A stretch of DNA of 33,068 nt, taken from a virus. Its lineage: Duplodnaviria; Caudoviricetes. Both the position numbers and the translations under genes were made by a program. The stretch spans positions 1 to 33,068 of the IMG/VR virus record IMGVR_UViG_3300027798_000135. One strand, given 5' to 3'. Below the pieces are notes generated by a model. That model was not told the DNA's origin. It was given only the letters and a program-made list of their open reading frames with translations, and made no database searches. Below, piece by piece: positions 7,987 through 16,390 of this stretch; within the stretch, counting starts at the first letter, position 1; the number at the start of each line of letters is the position of its first letter.

Positions 7987-8225
7987 AACACAGAAATTAT
8001 TTAGACCATTACAGAAGTAACTACGAAATGGTGCAGAACGGATATGTAAGGAATATAGATTTAGACATCTTAAAAATGTATGAGCATATTTATCGCAAGT
8101 ATATGAGTCCAGATTTTATCTTAACTGTATGGTGCAGCCATTGTATATTTGATATGATTAAAAGGCTTTACGAATGGTACGATTTACAACCAGAACCAAA
8201 GAAAAAGAATGCAAAGGGTAATTAA
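7977..8225 (+). CDS. hypothetical protein with CxxC
   Basis: WCSHC motif; start at 7968 or 7977. Confidence 0.6.
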   Translation: MEIEHRNYLDHYRSNYEMVQNGYVRNIDLDILKMYEHIYRKYMSPDFILTVWCSHCIFDMIKRLYEWYDLQPEPKKKNAKGN

Positions 8226-8913
8226 TTTTAGCGGTGGCAAAACTTCTGCTTATATGACTATCCAGGAATATAAGCCAGGAGACATAGTATTGTTTTGCGA
8301 TACTATGAGAGAACACCCTAAGACCTATAAATTTATTAATGACTTTGAAGCATTTGAAAATATACCTGTAACAAGAATAAGTTACGAAGGTGGCTTTGCC
8401 GGTATGTTAAAAAAGAACAAGGCTTTACCTAATCAGTTCAAAAGGTTCTGCACAATAGAACTAAAGATTAAAACGGCTAAAAGATATTTAAGAAGCATAG
8501 GCGTAAGAGAATTTGAAAACTTGGTAGGCTTTAGATATGACGAACCAATGCGAGTAAGCAGACGTACCCAAAGATTTAAGAAGGTACACGATAAGTTCCC
8601 TTTGTTTGAAAGCAAAGTTACTAAGCAAATAGTAAATGAGTATTGGAGCAAAAAGCCTTACAATTTAGAAATACCTTCTATATTAGGTAATTGCACTTTG
8701 TGTTTTATGAAAGGTAAAAACGCTATCTTAGCAATATTAAGGGAGTTCCCAGAACTTGCAGACGAATGGATAGAAGATGAGAAAAGAAGCAAGTACACTT
8801 ATCTTAACGGAGTAACAATAGAAACGCTTAAAAATATATCACAGAATAACTTGTTTAAGGAATTTGATTTAGAAAACATAAACCCTGCGTATGACTGCGC
8901 TTGTACTACTTAA
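8209..8913 (+). CDS. PAPS-reductase-like PP-loop protein with Cys cluster
   Basis: PP-loop NFSGGKTS, DT-x-REHP-x-TY, RFCT-x-ELK, GFRYDE, GNCTLCFMK and terminal CAC. Confidence 0.8.
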   Translation: MQRVINFSGGKTSAYMTIQEYKPGDIVLFCDTMREHPKTYKFINDFEAFENIPVTRISYEGGFAGMLKKNKALPNQFKRFCTIELKIKTAKRYLRSIGVREFENLVGFRYDEPMRVSRRTQRFKKVHDKFPLFESKVTKQIVNEYWSKKPYNLEIPSILGNCTLCFMKGKNAILAILREFPELADEWIEDEKRSKYTYLNGVTIETLKNISQNNLFKEFDLENINPAYDCACTT

Positions 8914-8915
8914 CT

Positions 8916-9395
8916 ATGGCAAACTTTATACACCCGACCGCTATCATTGGCGATAACGTAATTATTGGAGACGGAAACTACATTGGTGCTTATTGTATAA
9001 TCGGAGACCCTGCCGAACATAAGAAGTTCTGGAATAAAGAAAAGGGCAAAGTTTACATAGGCGATAACAATGTTATTACAGGACTTGTAACAATAGATGC
9101 AGGAACTGAGATTGATACCTTTATAGGAAATAATTGTTTTATAATGAAACACGCACACATCGGACACGATTGCACTATTTTAGACAATGTAACAATTAGC
9201 TGCGGAGCAAAAATAGGTGGGCATTCTATTGTAGATAAAGGTGCTAATATAGGACTTAACGCAGTTCTACACCAGTTTGCAAACATCGGAGAGAATTGTA
9301 TGGTGGGGGCAAGTGCCTTTGTAAAGGGAGATGCAAAACCAAATACTAAATATGCAGGAGTACCGGCAAGGGAAATAGGCTCAAACATAAGATAA
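8916..9395 (+). CDS. hexapeptide-repeat (left-handed beta-helix) acyltransferase, LpxA/NeuD/PglD-like
   Basis: IHPTAIIG, repeated IG-x-x-x-x units, HIGHDC, VLHQF, YAGVPAR. Confidence 0.88.
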   Translation: MANFIHPTAIIGDNVIIGDGNYIGAYCIIGDPAEHKKFWNKEKGKVYIGDNNVITGLVTIDAGTEIDTFIGNNCFIMKHAHIGHDCTILDNVTISCGAKIGGHSIVDKGANIGLNAVLHQFANIGENCMVGASAFVKGDAKPNTKYAGVPAREIGSNIR

Positions 9396-10072
9396 TGAAA
9401 GTAGCTATTTTATTACTTGCACAAAACAGACACGACTTAACTCAGCGTGTAATTAAGCAAAACTTTTTTAACTCTGGTTACAATGCCGATTGCTTCTTAA
9501 TAGATAACGGCAGCGACACACACGAAAACTTTAGCTACCCTTTTGCCGGTTATGACTTATCAAAAGAAAAGAGGGGCATAGCAGCCGGAGTAAACGCAGG
9601 ACTTAGGATAACTCAGAACTATGATGCAGTTTGTTTATTAGCTAATGATATTTTATTACCGCAAGATTGGTTAGCTAAGTTTGTTTTGTTTGCACAACGA
9701 ATAGAGAAGACAGGCATAATAGGAATACATTGCGTAGAAGATTTGCCGCCATTAATAGACGGGGTACATAAAACGCATACACCCTTTGGCGATAACTTTA
9801 TCACTCGTGAACTTATAGATGCAGTTGGCGGTTACAATACTGAGTATGACCCTTACGGAATGCAAGACAGAGATTATGCAGAACGAGCAACAATATCAGG
9901 CTTTATTAATTACTACCTTCCGGATATGAGGTCAGAACACATAGGACACGATGTAGGCAATGGAACAGATTACAGACGAATGAAAGACGAAAGTTTAGGA
10001 CGGGCGCAAAGTGTATGGGAAAAATACCAAGACATATACCACAACCAAAAGAATATAAGATGCGAATTTTAA
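9395..10072 (+). CDS. glycosyltransferase, GT2-like (GT-A fold)
   Basis: LIDNGSD, GIAAGVNAG, ANDI, VGGYNTEY-x-x-YGMQD-x-DY-x-x-R. Confidence 0.85.
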   Translation: MKVAILLLAQNRHDLTQRVIKQNFFNSGYNADCFLIDNGSDTHENFSYPFAGYDLSKEKRGIAAGVNAGLRITQNYDAVCLLANDILLPQDWLAKFVLFAQRIEKTGIIGIHCVEDLPPLIDGVHKTHTPFGDNFITRELIDAVGGYNTEYDPYGMQDRDYAERATISGFINYYLPDMRSEHIGHDVGNGTDYRRMKDESLGRAQSVWEKYQDIYHNQKNIRCEF

Positions 10073-10085
10073 TAAAAAATCAAAA

Positions 10086-10448
10086 ATGAAATATTCGTCA
10101 AGCTTTACACACGATTTAAATTTTGGAGAACTTGCAGAAGATTGGGTAAAAAATATTTTTTCTAATGGTAGCAAAGTAGAAGTTAAATGTGATACCAAAG
10201 CACATAGTACTGGTAATATATTTATAGAATTTGAGTCAAGGGGTAAGCCATCTGGTATAGCAACTACCGATGCTAATTATTGGGTATATAAAATAAATGA
10301 GATTAACTTTGCCATTATATTTGATGTTATAAGATTAAAAGAAAAGTTAAGGTATTATTATAAAAATAATATGTATATAAAAAATGGTGGCGATAATAAT
10401 ACTTCAAAAGGTTTTTTAATACCAATAACAGAACTACTAAAAAAATAA
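10086..10448 (+). CDS. PD-(D/E)XK-like nuclease, AT-rich apparent insertion
   Basis: GELAE...VEVK-x-D...TGNIFIE...SGI-x-TT-x-A-x-YW...SKGFLIP; flanked by ATGCGAAT direct repeats. Confidence 0.6.
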   Translation: MKYSSSFTHDLNFGELAEDWVKNIFSNGSKVEVKCDTKAHSTGNIFIEFESRGKPSGIATTDANYWVYKINEINFAIIFDVIRLKEKLRYYYKNNMYIKNGGDNNTSKGFLIPITELLKK

Positions 10449-10449
10449 A

Positions 10450-11445
10450 ATGCGAATACTTTGTATAACTTCTGCTAACTCAGGCGTAGGACTGCATAGA
10501 ATAATGATGCCGATAGTACACTTAGAAAAAGAGTACGCACTTATTACCGATGTATTGAATGACGAACTACTTGAGCAGGGTTGGGACATTGTGTTAATGA
10601 ATAGAATGCTTAACGAGATTGATGCAAAGCAAATGGACACCTGGCGAACTAAGTACGGCTTTAAGTTAGTAGTCGATAACGATGACCATTGGGAACTTAG
10701 CGAAAGCCATCTTCTATATTACCGATACAAATACAATAACATAGGCAAACAGATTACCGACTACTTAAAGATTGCAGACCTTTGCACCTGCACACACGAA
10801 AGGTTAGCAGGAGAGATAACCCCATTTAATAAGAACGTACACATCTTACCAAACGCTTTACCTTATGGGCAAGAGCAGTTCCAGGATAATAAGACAGAAG
10901 ATTACAAAGTAAGATTGTTTTGGTCAGGTAGCGGAACGCACGAACGAGATTTAGAAATACTAAGGCAGCCGTTTAAAAGGCTACAAGGTATGAATATAAG
11001 AACTGTAATAGCAGGTTACAACGATGCGGAGAAACCTATCTGGGATAAAATGATTGATGCCTTCACTTGCGGTTTAAAACTTAACCCTACGATTTATAAC
11101 TATGCAAGGGTTACGGAATATATGGGTGCTTATACGGATAGCGATATTTCAGTTATCCCTTTAGTAGATAATAAGTTTAACACTATGAAGTCAAACCTTA
11201 AGGTATTAGAAACGGCTGCAAAAAAGAACCCTGCCATAGTTAGCCACGTTAATCCTTACTTAGATATGCCCGTTCACTATGTAAGAAGCCAAAAGGATTG
11301 GAACATACATATAAGGAATTTGGTTAATGATGCGGATATGCGAAAGGAAAGCGGACAGAAGTTGTTTGAGTTCTGCCAAAAGAAGTATAACTTTGATGAG
11401 ATAAATTTAGATAGAAAGTATATTTATAGTAAACTATGCCAATAA
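10450..11445 (+). CDS. glycosyltransferase, GT-B (GT4-like) fold
   Basis: SGVGLHRI-x-x-P, VVDNDD-x-W, ILPNAL, WSGSGTH-x-x-D, PL-x-DNKFN-x-x-KSNLKVLE. Confidence 0.8.
   Translation: MRILCITSANSGVGLHRIMMPIVHLEKEYALITDVLNDELLEQGWDIVLMNRMLNEIDAKQMDTWRTKYGFKLVVDNDDHWELSESHLLYYRYKYNNIGKQITDYLKIADLCTCTHERLAGEITPFNKNVHILPNALPYGQEQFQDNKTEDYKVRLFWSGSGTHERDLEILRQPFKRLQGMNIRTVIAGYNDAEKPIWDKMIDAFTCGLKLNPTIYNYARVTEYMGAYTDSDISVIPLVDNKFNTMKSNLKVLETAAKKNPAIVSHVNPYLDMPVHYVRSQKDWNIHIRNLVNDADMRKESGQKLFEFCQKKYNFDEINLDRKYIYSKLCQ
11398..11426 (+). promoter_or_regulatory. putative phage late promoter (ATATTTA motif)
   Basis: GATAAA...TATATTTATAG; the same core precedes the genes at 17407, 23733, 24354 and 26579. 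Confidence 0.45.
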
Positions 11446-11999
11446 TAAAATGCTCAAACGGAAAATATAAGATAGGTAACGGAGGCTGCGTATTTGAAAC
11501 CGAAGAGAAAGCTATGCAAGTTTGGAAAGCTATTCTTGCAGGTGGCAAGTTTGCAGATAGCTATACCGACTACCCAGAGGGCGCAACTAATAACGCAAAG
11601 AGGGCAATAGAATGGGCAGATAAAAATGGTTGGGGTTCGTGCGGAGAAGCAACAGGAAAAGCAAGAGCAAGGCAGTTAGCAAACAAAGAACCAATAAGCA
11701 GAGATACGATTGCTCGTATGGCTTCCTTTAAAAGACATCAGCAACATAAAGATGTACCTTATAGTGAAGGTTGCGGTGGGTTAATGTGGGACGCTTGGGG
11801 TGGGACTTCTGGTGTAGAATGGGCGATTAACAAATTAAAAGAGATTGACAAAGACAAATTTAAGGTGGGAGTTCCGCATTATTTAGCAGACGGCACTTTA
11901 TACACCGGACCAACTCACAAAGATGCAAGTGGCAAATTAATGACAGGCGCAGTACATACAGAAGATAGTCAATACTTATACCATAAAGAAGAGTTATAA
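11436..11999 (+). CDS. modular conserved phage protein, possibly head-associated
   Basis: N-module MPIIKC..., central YTDYP...RARQLA...RMASF-x-RH...LMWDAWGG, C-module PHY...GPTHK...LMTGAVH. Confidence 0.6.
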   Translation: MPIIKCSNGKYKIGNGGCVFETEEKAMQVWKAILAGGKFADSYTDYPEGATNNAKRAIEWADKNGWGSCGEATGKARARQLANKEPISRDTIARMASFKRHQQHKDVPYSEGCGGLMWDAWGGTSGVEWAINKLKEIDKDKFKVGVPHYLADGTLYTGPTHKDASGKLMTGAVHTEDSQYLYHKEEL

Positions 12000-12058
12000 A
12001 AATATTCTCATAGTTAAATTTTTAATTATTAATCAACGAAAAAATTTAATGGGAAGCT

Positions 12059-12313
12059 ATGCAGAAACACACGCAAATTTACTTACAAGGAATGGGCTAT
12101 GACGCTACATCGTTTGTTCCTTGTGAGGTTTGTGGTGGTGTAGGAAAAGACATACATCACATAGAAGCGAGGGGAATGGGTGGCACAAAACAAAAAGATA
12201 CGATTAACAATTTGATGTGCCTTTGTAGAGATTGCCATTTAGAATACGGAGACAAAAAACAATATAAAGAGTTTCTAAAAGACATACACGCAAAGAATTA
12301 TGGCAAAGATTAA
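12059..12313 (+). CDS. HNH endonuclease (terminase-associated)
   Basis: CEVC...DIHHI-x-x-RGMGG...NLMCLCRDCH. Confidence 0.88.
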   Translation: MQKHTQIYLQGMGYDATSFVPCEVCGGVGKDIHHIEARGMGGTKQKDTINNLMCLCRDCHLEYGDKKQYKEFLKDIHAKNYGKD

Positions 12314-12422
12314 AGAGAACAATAACAAAGTTAGCTTTGGCAAACGCAAAAGAGGCTCTGCAAAGAAGTCCTTTAACAAGCACACGCCAAGAGAAAAAGC
12401 ATACAAAGGACAAGGCAGATGA
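12300..12422 (+). CDS. very basic 40-aa microprotein (not in ORF track)
   Basis: MAKIKENNNKVSFGKRKRGSAKKSFNKHTPREKAYKGQGR; fills the gap, overlapping both neighbours. Confidence 0.65.
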   Translation: MAKIKENNNKVSFGKRKRGSAKKSFNKHTPREKAYKGQGR

Positions 12423-12640
12423 GAAAACTAAACGCTATTTGGCTACTCCTAACGCACAAAGTTTACTTCCTTGCGGTATGTAAGACAGGTAAAGACGGAG
12501 ACGATATGACCACAATAGGACACTACACCTACTCAATGGCAGAAACTTTAATCAATAAGCACATAGCAGATGTAGATAGCTACTTAGACCAAGAGGACGC
12601 AATAGACGAAGCAAACGATATAATCAACGGCATACTATGA
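12419..12640 (+). CDS. hypothetical protein
   Basis: ATGA-coupled ORF with acidic C-terminus. Confidence 0.6.
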   Translation: MRKLNAIWLLLTHKVYFLAVCKTGKDGDDMTTIGHYTYSMAETLINKHIADVDSYLDQEDAIDEANDIINGIL

Positions 12641-12990
12641 TAATACTATCAAGCCAAATTGAAAGCATAGCATCACGCAAAGACAAAACTATAAAGCTTA
12701 CAATAGCAACCCAGGAACTAAGTCCTAAAGATGCTGCGGATATATTTCAGCTTAACCAACAGTTCTGCTACTTGGCAATTAAAGAAGAGCCGTTTAGTAA
12801 AGAAGAGCAAGACATAGTCGAAAACCTAAAGGCAGATGTAGACACATTCAAGACACCAAGCCAAAGATTAAGGGGCATCTTATACAGAAGATACGAACAA
12901 GACAACGAAGGGTATAAAGATTTTAACACATATTACCTATCCGTAATGGAAAGGATATGTATACACTATAAAAATAAAATAGATGGGTAG
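12637..12990 (+). CDS. conserved hypothetical protein
   Basis: ATGA-coupled; KTPSQRLRGILY motif. Confidence 0.65.
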   Translation: MIILSSQIESIASRKDKTIKLTIATQELSPKDAADIFQLNQQFCYLAIKEEPFSKEEQDIVENLKADVDTFKTPSQRLRGILYRRYEQDNEGYKDFNTYYLSVMERICIHYKNKIDG

Positions 12991-13393
12991 GTTTAAACTT
13001 ATAGAGACACCAGAGTTAATGCTTAAATACTTTACTGAGTACGCAGAACATTGTAAAAGCAATCCAATTAAAGTACACGACTTCGTAGGTAAAGACGGGG
13101 ACGAAGTTTACAGATTAAGAGAGCGACCTTTGACAATAGAAGGCTTTGAGAACTATTGTTATAATCAAGGAGTTATAGGAGATTTAAGTCATTACTTTGC
13201 TAATACAAATAATGCTTACGCAGATTTTTTAACTATCTGTTCGCGTATTAGGAAATCAATTAGGCAAGACCAAATCGAAGGTGGTATGGCAGGGGTTTAC
13301 AATCCAAGCATAACTCAGCGATTAAATAGCTTGGTAGAGAAGTCCGAGAACAAACACGAAGTAAGTGAGATTAAAATAACTTACGATAAGTAA
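12983..13393 (+). CDS. terS: terminase small subunit (P22 gp3-like)
   Basis: ETPE-x-M...RPLTIEGF...QIEGGMAG-x-YN-x-SITQRL; immediately upstream of TerL. Confidence 0.75.
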   Translation: MGRFKLIETPELMLKYFTEYAEHCKSNPIKVHDFVGKDGDEVYRLRERPLTIEGFENYCYNQGVIGDLSHYFANTNNAYADFLTICSRIRKSIRQDQIEGGMAGVYNPSITQRLNSLVEKSENKHEVSEIKITYDK

Positions 13394-14559
13394 TGCAGAC
13401 AGTAGGCTTAAAATTACATAACCCACACTCTGCGCAAAAGCAAGTAATTGACTGCGATAGTAGGTTTATTGTAATGATGGCAGGTAGAAGATTTGGCAAG
13501 TCTTTGATTAGCCAAACGATTAGCATAGACACGGCAGTAAATAAAAAGCGAGTAGCTTACATTACACCTACTTACCAATTAGGTAAAATATTTTTTAAAG
13601 ATATTATAGACCTATTGCCTTTAGAGATATACTCTAAGAATGAAAGCGACCTGGTTATAACTTTCATAACGGGTGGCAGCATACGTTTCTTTACAGGCGA
13701 AAGGTTAGATAATCTTCGTGGTTTAAAGTTTCACTTGGCAGTAATAGACGAAGCGTCTTACATACCTAACTTAGAAGACGGGTGGCTCAACTCAATAAGA
13801 CCTACCTTAACTGACTACAAAGGGAAAGCTATATTTCTTAGCACCCCTAAAGGTAAAAACTACTTCTTTAGTTTGTTTAGCAAAGCAGAGCCGGATTGGC
13901 AAAGCTTTAAGTTTACTACATACGATAACCCATACATAGACCCGAACGAAATAGACGATGCAAGGAAGCAACTGCCAGAGGTTGTATTCGAGCAGGAGTA
14001 TATGGCAAACCCTGCTGAAAACGCAGCAAACCCATTTGGTAGTCAACATATTCGTAAGTGCTTACACCCAGTTACGACTATGCCGGTAGTAGCTTATGGA
14101 ATTGACCTTGCCAAGTCGGTCGATTGGACTGTTATTGTAGGTTTAGACGAAGACGGGAATGTGGCTTATTTTGACCGCTTTCAAATGGATTGGCACAATA
14201 CTAAGCAAACTATACTTAGGCTGCCTAAATGCCCTATCCTTGTCGATAGTACGGGGGTTGGCGACCCTATCCTTGAGGACTTACAAAGAGAAGGGGTAAT
14301 GATACAAGGCTTAAAGTTCACAAGTTCAAGTAAGCAGCAGCTAATGGAAGGCTTACAAGCTGCTATCCATCAAGGCAAGATTGGCTATCCTGAAGGGATA
14401 ATCAGCCAGGAGTTAGAAGTGTTTGAGTATCAATACACCGCAACGGGGGTAAAGTATTCCGCACCTTCAGGATTTCACGATGATGCCGTAATGGCTTTGG
14501 CTTTGGCTTGGCAGAACTTTAGCCTTAAACGTGGCACGGGTAGGTATGCCTTCCTATAA
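13393..14559 (+). CDS. terL: terminase large subunit
   Basis: Walker A GRRFGKS, Walker B VIDEA, STPKG, FEQEYMA, nuclease GIDLA...HDDAVMALALA. Confidence 0.95.
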   Translation: MQTVGLKLHNPHSAQKQVIDCDSRFIVMMAGRRFGKSLISQTISIDTAVNKKRVAYITPTYQLGKIFFKDIIDLLPLEIYSKNESDLVITFITGGSIRFFTGERLDNLRGLKFHLAVIDEASYIPNLEDGWLNSIRPTLTDYKGKAIFLSTPKGKNYFFSLFSKAEPDWQSFKFTTYDNPYIDPNEIDDARKQLPEVVFEQEYMANPAENAANPFGSQHIRKCLHPVTTMPVVAYGIDLAKSVDWTVIVGLDEDGNVAYFDRFQMDWHNTKQTILRLPKCPILVDSTGVGDPILEDLQREGVMIQGLKFTSSSKQQLMEGLQAAIHQGKIGYPEGIISQELEVFEYQYTATGVKYSAPSGFHDDAVMALALAWQNFSLKRGTGRYAFL

Positions 14560-14592
14560 TTTACCGCTTATCCTTGATATTTACCGCTCATC
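14559..14592. repeat. tandem 14-bp direct repeat with 20-bp period
   Basis: ATTTACCGCTTATC (14559-14572) and ATTTACCGCTCATC (14579-14592). Confidence 0.7.
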
Positions 14593-14618
14593 ACAATTTT
14601 TAAAAAAAAGTTTGCTCA

Positions 14619-14652
14619 TTTGATTGTGGAATGTGAAAAGGTTGTATATTTG
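14619..14652 (+). promoter_or_regulatory. Bacteroidota promoter driving the microprotein cassette
   Basis: TTG (14624-14626) - 18 nt - TATATTTG (14645-14652). Confidence 0.7.
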
Positions 14653-14683
14653 ATATATCAATTAACCACAAAAACAAAATACA

Positions 14684-14839
14684 ATGAAACAAATTTTTAT
14701 TTTAGTATTCAAACACGAGGCAGCAGAACCGCAAAAAATAAACTCCTTTTTTGATAGAAAAGAAATGCAAATACACGAGGCGCAGAGATTAAACGATAGT
14801 TTACAAAATACTATTTGGATATTGACACCTAATTATTAA
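14684..14839 (+). CDS. 51-aa hypothetical protein (not in ORF track)
   Basis: MKQIFILVFKHEAAEPQK...WILTPNY; leader nearly identical to that of the gene at 14894. Confidence 0.65.
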   Translation: MKQIFILVFKHEAAEPQKINSFFDRKEMQIHEAQRLNDSLQNTIWILTPNY

Positions 14840-14846
14840 TTAAAAC

Positions 14847-14866
14847 GGGGCTTGAAATATAGCCCC
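14847..14866 (+). promoter_or_regulatory. hairpin with TGAAATAT loop (copy 1)
   Basis: GGGGCT-TGAAATAT-AGCCCC, intergenic. Confidence 0.6.
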
Positions 14867-14893
14867 ACCTTTTTAACCACAAAAACAAAAACA

Positions 14894-15106
14894 ATGAAAC
14901 CACAACACGAAATTTTATCAACAAAAGATGCTAACAATGTTTTGCAATTTCACAACGATAACTATTTTATGAACGAAGATGGTATACTAAAAAATAAATA
15001 TTATCAAGCAATACAACAACTGCATAAGGATAACATAATAGAACTAAACTCTAATTTTAATCATAACACTAATGAGTGGGAATTCTTTTGGACACTCATA
15101 GGGTAA
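14894..15106 (+). CDS. 70-aa hypothetical protein
   Basis: ATG 14894 follows the repeated leader; the track's upstream TTG start lies inside the hairpin. Confidence 0.65.
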   Translation: MKPQHEILSTKDANNVLQFHNDNYFMNEDGILKNKYYQAIQQLHKDNIIELNSNFNHNTNEWEFFWTLIG

Positions 15107-15161
15107 ATAAAAATAGGGGTGCGACTATTCAACGCACAATTTAACCCACTAAACATTATTT

Positions 15162-15353
15162 ATGCAATTTTATTTTAGAAACTCAAATCCATTACAAGAG
15201 TTAAATGCTTATAAAAAAGGAGGGCATATGAACTTATCACAATATAAAAAAGCATTATCATTTTTAAATAAAGGTTACAGTTATCAATTAATAGTAGATA
15301 GTCGAAATGAACCAATTAAAGTATTAAAAGTTTTAAAAGGAAATAAATTATAA
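15162..15353 (+). CDS. 63-aa hypothetical protein
   Basis: AT-rich ORF preceded by a GTGCG/CGCAC hairpin. Confidence 0.6.
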   Translation: MQFYFRNSNPLQELNAYKKGGHMNLSQYKKALSFLNKGYSYQLIVDSRNEPIKVLKVLKGNKL

Positions 15354-15372
15354 ACAATATTAACCAAACACA

Positions 15373-15459
15373 ATGAAAAAAGAAACCGCACAATTTTTAG
15401 CAGTATTAGTAGCAGCTTGTTACCTTATAGGGCAACTACAAGACATCTACTCAAAATGA
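15373..15459 (+). CDS. 28-aa hydrophobic microprotein
   Basis: MKKETAQFLAVLVAACYLIGQLQDIYSK; TTAACCAAACACA leader; ATGA overlap with the next ORF. Confidence 0.55.
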   Translation: MKKETAQFLAVLVAACYLIGQLQDIYSK

Positions 15460-15584
15460 TTTATGCTATTTGCCTTCTGCTAATTGCAACAGGCTTTGCA
15501 ATGGCAGCTACATTTGATTACCTTATAACCCTAAACAATGACACAAAGCACAAAAGAATACATCGACAAGTATTACGCAAGTGA
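15456..15584 (+). CDS. 42-aa single-TM microprotein
   Basis: MIYAICLLLIATGFAMAATFDYLITLNN...; ATGA-coupled. Confidence 0.55.
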   Translation: MIYAICLLLIATGFAMAATFDYLITLNNDTKHKRIHRQVLRK

Positions 15585-15750
15585 GCCTATTAGTATAATG
15601 ATGTCTAACATAGATGCTACCTATCTGGAGATACTTACCTACTGCCAGAGTAAAGGGTATGAACCTTCTAAGCGTAGAATGAGAAGTCCAAAACATAAGT
15701 CAGAAATCGGCTTTTTTGACATTGAGAATTACAAGCCTGAGACAATATGA
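15538..15750 (+). CDS. hypothetical protein (possible HTH-like)
   Basis: 70-aa ORF with CTAAACA-ATG leader. Confidence 0.6.
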   Translation: MTQSTKEYIDKYYASEPISIMMSNIDATYLEILTYCQSKGYEPSKRRMRSPKHKSEIGFFDIENYKPETI

Positions 15751-15833
15751 GTATCTTATTAATAATTGCAGTATGGGAAATACTAAAGAAGATAGTAAAG
15801 ACAATCGTTTACAAGCACTTAAATTCAAAATAG
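15747..15833 (+). CDS. 28-aa amphipathic microprotein
   Basis: MSILLIIAVWEILKKIVKTIVYKHLNSK; ATGA-coupled to the previous gene. Confidence 0.5.
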   Translation: MSILLIIAVWEILKKIVKTIVYKHLNSK

Positions 15834-15916
15834 CTTTTTTTACTATTGGCATCTTAGCTTATATTGGCTTATTAATAATGGCTATCATACAAAAACTAAA
15901 CATCTTTAAAAGATAA
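15773..15916 (+). CDS. 47-aa single-TM microprotein
   Basis: MGNTKED...IAFFTIGILAYIGLLIMAII; ends 4 nt before the next gene. Confidence 0.45.
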   Translation: MGNTKEDSKDNRLQALKFKIAFFTIGILAYIGLLIMAIIQKLNIFKR

Positions 15917-15920
15917 ACAA

Positions 15921-16385
15921 ATGGAACTACAACAAATCTTTGAAACAACAAAAGAACAAAGGGCTGAGTTTACCTATCAATTAATTGAACGCCTAAACGC
16001 AGGGGAACTTGACCCACTTAAAACACATCTCCAGGTTAAAGCCTTAGAAGATATGCTCGAAACCCTAAAGGCAAACAAGGACTACAAAGATGCCGTATTA
16101 CAAGCAGCCGTATTAAACGGCAAGGACTTTGAGTATATGAGTGCTAAGTTTAACATTCGTGAAGTAGGTGTTAAATACGATTATACCAAATGCGAAAGTC
16201 CTGCTTACGAGGAAATTATAGCTGACTTTAACGATGCCACTAAAGCTAAAAAGGATATGGAAGAGTTCCTTAAAAAAGTGCCACATCAAGGACTTGATAT
16301 TATTAACGGAGTTACTGGCGAGGTTACAAGGGTTTACCCACCTGCCAAAAGTAGCACAACAAGTGTAGCCGTATCTTTAAAATAA
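15921..16385 (+). CDS. conserved hypothetical phage protein
   Basis: 154 aa, helical N-half, KYDY-x-x-C and VTGEV motifs. Confidence 0.7.
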   Translation: MELQQIFETTKEQRAEFTYQLIERLNAGELDPLKTHLQVKALEDMLETLKANKDYKDAVLQAAVLNGKDFEYMSAKFNIREVGVKYDYTKCESPAYEEIIADFNDATKAKKDMEEFLKKVPHQGLDIINGVTGEVTRVYPPAKSSTTSVAVSLK

Positions 16386-16390
16386 AACAA

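Noticed and set aside
8209-8913. Auxiliary sulfur-assimilation gene (cysH) or QueC
   Set aside because: It lacks the CysH C-terminal ECGLH motif, and no other cys, que/dpd or dnd genes are present; kept only as PAPS-reductase-like.
14559-15375. Possible CRISPR mini-array
   Set aside because: The repeats are only pairs or are separated by whole ORFs. There are no regular 30-40-nt spacers and no cas genes.
15716-15772. TTG-start N-terminal extension of the 15716-15916 ORF
   Set aside because: It overlaps two other ORFs; ATG 15773 is more plausible.
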